Source of the DNA: Candidatus Micrarchaeota archaeon
Lineage (GTDB): Archaea > Micrarchaeota > Micrarchaeia > Norongarragalinales > SBBD01
Assembly (NCBI GenBank): GCA_038046605.1
Contig: JBBSVW010000054.1
Span: 1 to 18,397, forward strand
Direction: 5' to 3'
Length of the DNA stretch: 18,397 bases
Of this stretch, positions 16,501 to 18,397 are shown piece by piece; within the stretch, counting starts at the first letter, position 1, and every line of letters starts with the position of its first letter. Under the pieces are notes generated by a model. It did no database searches. It had not been told where the DNA came from and was given only the letters and a program-made list of their open reading frames with translations. The position numbers and the translations under genes were made by a program.

Positions 16501-18397
16501 CTGCATTTTCAGATGGGTTCGCAAGGCCATCGAAAGTAACAACCAATTCGTTCTTGAGAGAAGCGGGGATTACTGATGATTCGAGCGTTTTTGCCTCCTC
16601 AAATTCAACTGTGAAATCCTCCGTTGTGAGCGGCAAATAGCCATTGGCATTGATTTTGAAATAAACATTCTTGTTTGCTGGTACCTTGATTTCGCATGTG
16701 CCATTCAACAATTGGCAAGAGCCATCCGGGATTTCCGAATCATCATCCCTAAGGAATGCTGCCACTTTGCCTGTAGCGCCCACCGCTTTTTGCGTTGTTG
16801 CATCCTTCAACCTGATTATTGCGGTGCCTTTTGGCTGGTCAAGGCGGATTACGATTTCCTTTTCCTCCCCGACTGCGAGCGCAAAAGAGGATGAAATCCC
16901 TGCCACTCCATGCGCGCTTGCCTTCAATATGTATTTTGCCTCGGCATCAAAAAGCTCGAGTGGAATCCCTGAAAATTTGGCGCTCCCATCCTCGAGGGTG
17001 GTTTTTTCAGCCAATCCCAGGAAAAAGCCGTTTTCCGTGTGAATGTTGACCTTTGCGCCTGGCACTAAATTCCCGTCGTAATCGATGACAATCGCCAACA
17101 ATTTGCCGCTATTGTCCTCGTTTATTGCCACCAATTCGATGTTCCTAGGCTCGCCCGCAATCAAATCGATGGCAATTGCCGGAAGGAATGTTTCCTTGTA
17201 AATTGTCGCATAGGCGGGTGAATCCGTTGAGAAAGTTGCAATTCCGTCCATATCCGTAATTTGGGATGATAGCCTGGCATTAGTTTCCTGATTGTAGAAT
17301 TTGACCTGCGCATCCTCCACTGGCGATTCATCCTTATCCTTAACAATAATTGTGAGGTTGTAATCCTCCCCAATCTCCTTGGTTTTAAGCTGCACGGAAA
17401 ATTCAAGCGGTGTTTTTGAGGTTAATAGCTGGGGATCAGATGATCCATCGTACGGAAGCAAAGTATTCGAATCGCGAGGCTCTGCCACTATATATACTTT
17501 TGAACCTACGGCATCCACTTCACCAAAAACCGCCTTACCGGCTTCATATGTTCTGCTAGAATCTATTAGTGCATCAGTTGATGCCAAAAATAGGCTCACA
17601 ACCGCATCAACCGGATTGCCTTCCTCATCCTTAACGGTAACTTGCACTTCGCCCCTGGGAATATCTGGCTCGATATCGCCATCATCCAAATCCTCGTTTT
17701 TCTTGAGGCTGATTGTTTTCGTCCTCTCCTTTGCGGCAACAATTGTGGGGGTTGCGCTTTGATAGCCTGTTTTTGAGACCGTAAGGCTAAGCTGCGAATC
17801 AATGCTATCCGCAATCAAAATGGCGCTTCCGGAAGCATCTGAAACAACAGTTTCGTAATCGCCGCTTTGCGAATCAAGATATGATACGGTTGCCCCACTT
17901 AGCGGCACACCATTGTTATCCGTAACTTTTAGGGTGATCCTGACCTTGGTTTTCCCATCCGGCCCATCCCCTTCTGCCTGCAAGGATGCGGTTATTTCAG
18001 GTGTGCTTTTCCCGACTAGGAATTTTTGCTCAAAAGGCGTATAGCCCTCCTCATCCACAACTATTTTTCCCTCCTTCCCAAGTGGCACTCCCTGGAAAAT
18101 TGCAACCCCGTTCTTTCCCGAATTCACGGTTTTGAACAGCTTTCCATCAACGAATAGGGAAACGGGTATATCCGCAATAGGCGCGCCCGATACCTCAACT
18201 CCCACTTTTATTGTTGTGGTGGCTGGCGTTAGCGCCATGAACGCGAAAATGCCTCCGCCTACAATTAGCAAAAGAAGTGCGATGAAGAATGGAAAGGAGG
18301 GTATTCCGCGCGTTTCAATAGGGGTAACAAACCAGTCATAGACGGGAATGTGCGCCTGTTGCTGCAAATAATCGCATAAGTTATAGTATGACTCCTC
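10577..18397 (-). CDS. Giant (>2,600 aa) membrane-anchored modular surface protein, 5' end beyond the right edge
   Basis: The frame stays open past the track's TTG 18367 to the edge (EESYYNLCDYLQQQAHIPVYDWFVTPIETRGIPSFPFF...). It has an N-terminal TM helix, tandem carboxypeptidase-regulatory/Ig-like repeats (V.D..G.P...A.V, T...G.A.F, K.GY), six Cys-rich repeats, a cupredoxin-like domain and low-complexity segments. Confidence 0.9.
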   Translation of the reverse strand, partial: EESYYNLCDYLQQQAHIPVYDWFVTPIETRGIPSFPFFIALLLLIVGGGIFAFMALTPATTTIKVGVEVSGAPIADIPVSLFVDGKLFKTVNSGKNGVAIFQGVPLGKEGKIVVDEEGYTPFEQKFLVGKSTPEITASLQAEGDGPDGKTKVRITLKVTDNNGVPLSGATVSYLDSQSGDYETVVSDASGSAILIADSIDSQLSLTVSKTGYQSATPTIVAAKERTKTISLKKNEDLDDGDIEPDIPRGEVQVTVKDEEGNPVDAVVSLFLASTDALIDSSRTYEAGKAVFGEVDAVGSKVYIVAEPRDSNTLLPYDGSSDPQLLTSKTPLEFSVQLKTKEIGEDYNLTIIVKDKDESPVEDAQVKFYNQETNARLSSQITDMDGIATFSTDSPAYATIYKETFLPAIAIDLIAGEPRNIELVAINEDNSGKLLAIVIDYDGNLVPGAKVNIHTENGFFLGLAEKTTLEDGSAKFSGIPLELFDAEAKYILKASAHGVAGISSSFALAVGEEKEIVIRLDQPKGTAIIRLKDATTQKAVGATGKVAAFLRDDDSEIPDGSCQLLNGTCEIKVPANKNVYFKINANGYLPLTTEDFTVEFEEAKTLESSVIPASLKNELVVTFDGLANPSENAVYSTAIPSLIRGSYYLAKFTLNIPQGSEKGGIFLKVSGSGFGSADEDYAAISGYEKPSDAIITKGITYKPSADCTSDISGDSDSSDSLSKWLNYEYKKQAGTKGIIVKVFVKPEAKSGSSVSFEYRGYAAAGKIFTRVPEDAGLGSEEKNADKDSCYAALNGTTFKVTEDKFSCKGGICMSMLFGKAQAKVAKGFSATTGEPFKAFISGRALKAFDAPYFKISDDDEIIFNAFNFADSSGDASGSAEYTFDVEGFGEGSAVSGDISAKGKLPSAFSKVMLEFGDASGVIHTLKSTVQITGENEFEMGVSPIDLQANEDGRITVILSNALDGEPVSDATVSIEEDESSVFEGNTPESIIGNGNDNSGRDGKYVFKQVHPLSTGTFTIVAKREGFKPSEKQITSRLNDFLESSSDALTLTCDGGSVEITNLLSADIYVLAKSSCLEIMGDGVIANGNQATFSLKGKGTKELVLNPTKQGTFCDLSFDSQAGGAHANLKITTKVNCEVLDKVCLSDAQCKTGDFCDFDAGAVCKKRVPSPSPAPTVSPRPSVPPGEVCTNSNDCDDDEECVSGACQPSTCTNANPCSAGYECVEDKCEKIACSQDNPCDTGYICDPSTKSCIVPECTKDGDCADGKVCRNNYCKVSCTTDEECGGGKFCVANACEAFSQYPDLPENFAIELTEDLEKNDLYYSIAYLVGNSSTYDCEIRSSEPNANLRINNFVEVDCDTYRSTKSIFIKADYNAHPYYTDTVAYVANNTQVSVGLNKTQLQTGRVLITISGAATETVQAKVIGPKKSLSGSSNTVLITDLGFEPASIRIDANSTLTWINMDGKYHGVASFATGDDKLISSKLLFSKDVIKPGQSYSFKFGQPGVYNYRDPTRTSVRGVVIVGDPEAACRYKNLNYFAQRFVGYLAKSTVSFFDPSSGKSAQIAYSSAYKIQVGPNMMQFGRVPGGLAPQGVYGGGFNPTQSQFNINDQRTSGYYQQFNQQYGMGGTFSGAQDPNLCKDNGGGYTCEVHLSPFLPVNGIAFTLVNDYALYSGSPTQLLINKAGTKDEYLSAIYVDKQGPDGFIVGGLQALSEVFLTAPRFATFVLTNDPKKMKYDLDENGNVRLRFGGISEKDEPEAIQTLSVNFPQSGQAFVIRIKFVIDDTWNKYALQKVPAGTNVISRLSTQTTDTTPNTITKEPFYILNNIPNSNLAKVSGSSLDLSRAAGKLDKLYYSELNLAKKDDAANKLSLNLVKSQTYPLKDMKLPYAEIISSNATLDVIGNALTDIEKADVNEDEVANKCQGKDYCNKDILDAEKEIVKGELIDGDGSLAESITVQRLDYAGFGEYAARRFADALARTLADYAADKAQYKACGGAKGWMDICTGKISGTSNYECYAGDTHCDNSISGGEFWAMTQEQFARAACDSEVANNYEAIFATGNYDLLKTLIMRKLLGDSLYSPRISYTRPIVDLDGLDVDVLYKAAAQGESAGFVLERYKIGDALSTGGAGGLISLSDWVGGKKVSDATPTTVTGPDSQGASGSGKFAPIRFEDKKAPQYFYLIKDGDKTTVAVDDPGKPNLFTMNKYPLDLTDDKLKIFTEGEKPLKELIIEDKEDKKAIKVTSCWIELKKQSESEIIFVDNKEYENGCAKFGIDLKAIQGAINKQKINKATSWIQLSPDSRKLSIIVASNVQSCDPIKSGSLDSTRILGATEGELCIESPYGDEVMKTSLEIIKAQMRFLLDESAPSEITIEGKKIPVTVEQTENVQSFAKGGAESDAASEGTDATIQFPQTAMSLADMDYSTPFGPPTPEVYGPPTPDYITNPPVTQTTFSAKELIPSIVVSGVKTNTDKCANTDQITIVNGVAQYQYDPAVHKYICVNIIGLDKAKIGAWSKKPFLEAQLFVGVSETNAGGHAPTSIKADGTAQAYLPISEVKDRTIYAKLISGTNVQGRFWSLKGSPMFVKPTPPITSNQPTYDGSVADDLSILRGP
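14515..14980 (-). repeat. Six Cys-rich protein repeats C-x5-C-x5-C-x(4-7)-C within the giant CDS
   Basis: CLSDAQCKTGDFCDFDAGAVC, CTNSNDCDDDEECVSGAC, CTNANPCSAGYECVEDKC, CSQDNPCDTGYICDPSTKSC, CTKDGDCADGKVCRNNYC and CTTDEECGGGKFCVANAC. A Pro/Ser linker follows the first copy. Coordinates are approximate. Confidence 0.9.

Noticed and set aside
10808-18341. Many short ORFs inside or antisense to the giant CDS
   Set aside because: Fully nested in an uninterrupted 7.8-kb frame with coherent domains.

Overview
Archaeal chromosomal window, most likely from a DPANN lineage such as Micrarchaeota or Iainarchaeota. This is an inference from the gene content (UPF0147, DUF373, KaiC-like ATPase, archaeal endonuclease IV, RIO1), the BHB-type tRNA introns and the giant surface protein. 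Housekeeping-type genes: endonuclease IV, RIO1 kinase, UPF0173-type metallo-beta-lactamase-fold hydrolase, beta-helix surface protein, KaiC/RAD55 ATPase, CDP-alcohol phosphatidyltransferase, a degenerate kinase-like protein, GT4 glycosyltransferase, UPF0175, UPF0147, DUF373, and a >2,600-aa modular surface protein that runs off the right edge. The main hidden feature is at 7048-7302: a tRNA-Ile(UAU) gene split into four exons by three introns (9/10, 97 nt; 29/30, 46 nt; 37/38, 37 nt), each with a strict or relaxed bulge-helix-bulge motif. The 9/10 position is not one I know of. Also missed by the ORF track: a four-way-junction structured element between two 19-bp TATA-containing direct repeats (3378-3536), a 40-aa membrane peptide next to it, and a stand-alone 50-aa zinc ribbon resembling the C-terminal tail of class II ribonucleotide reductase. 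All calls were made by eye; no searches were run.
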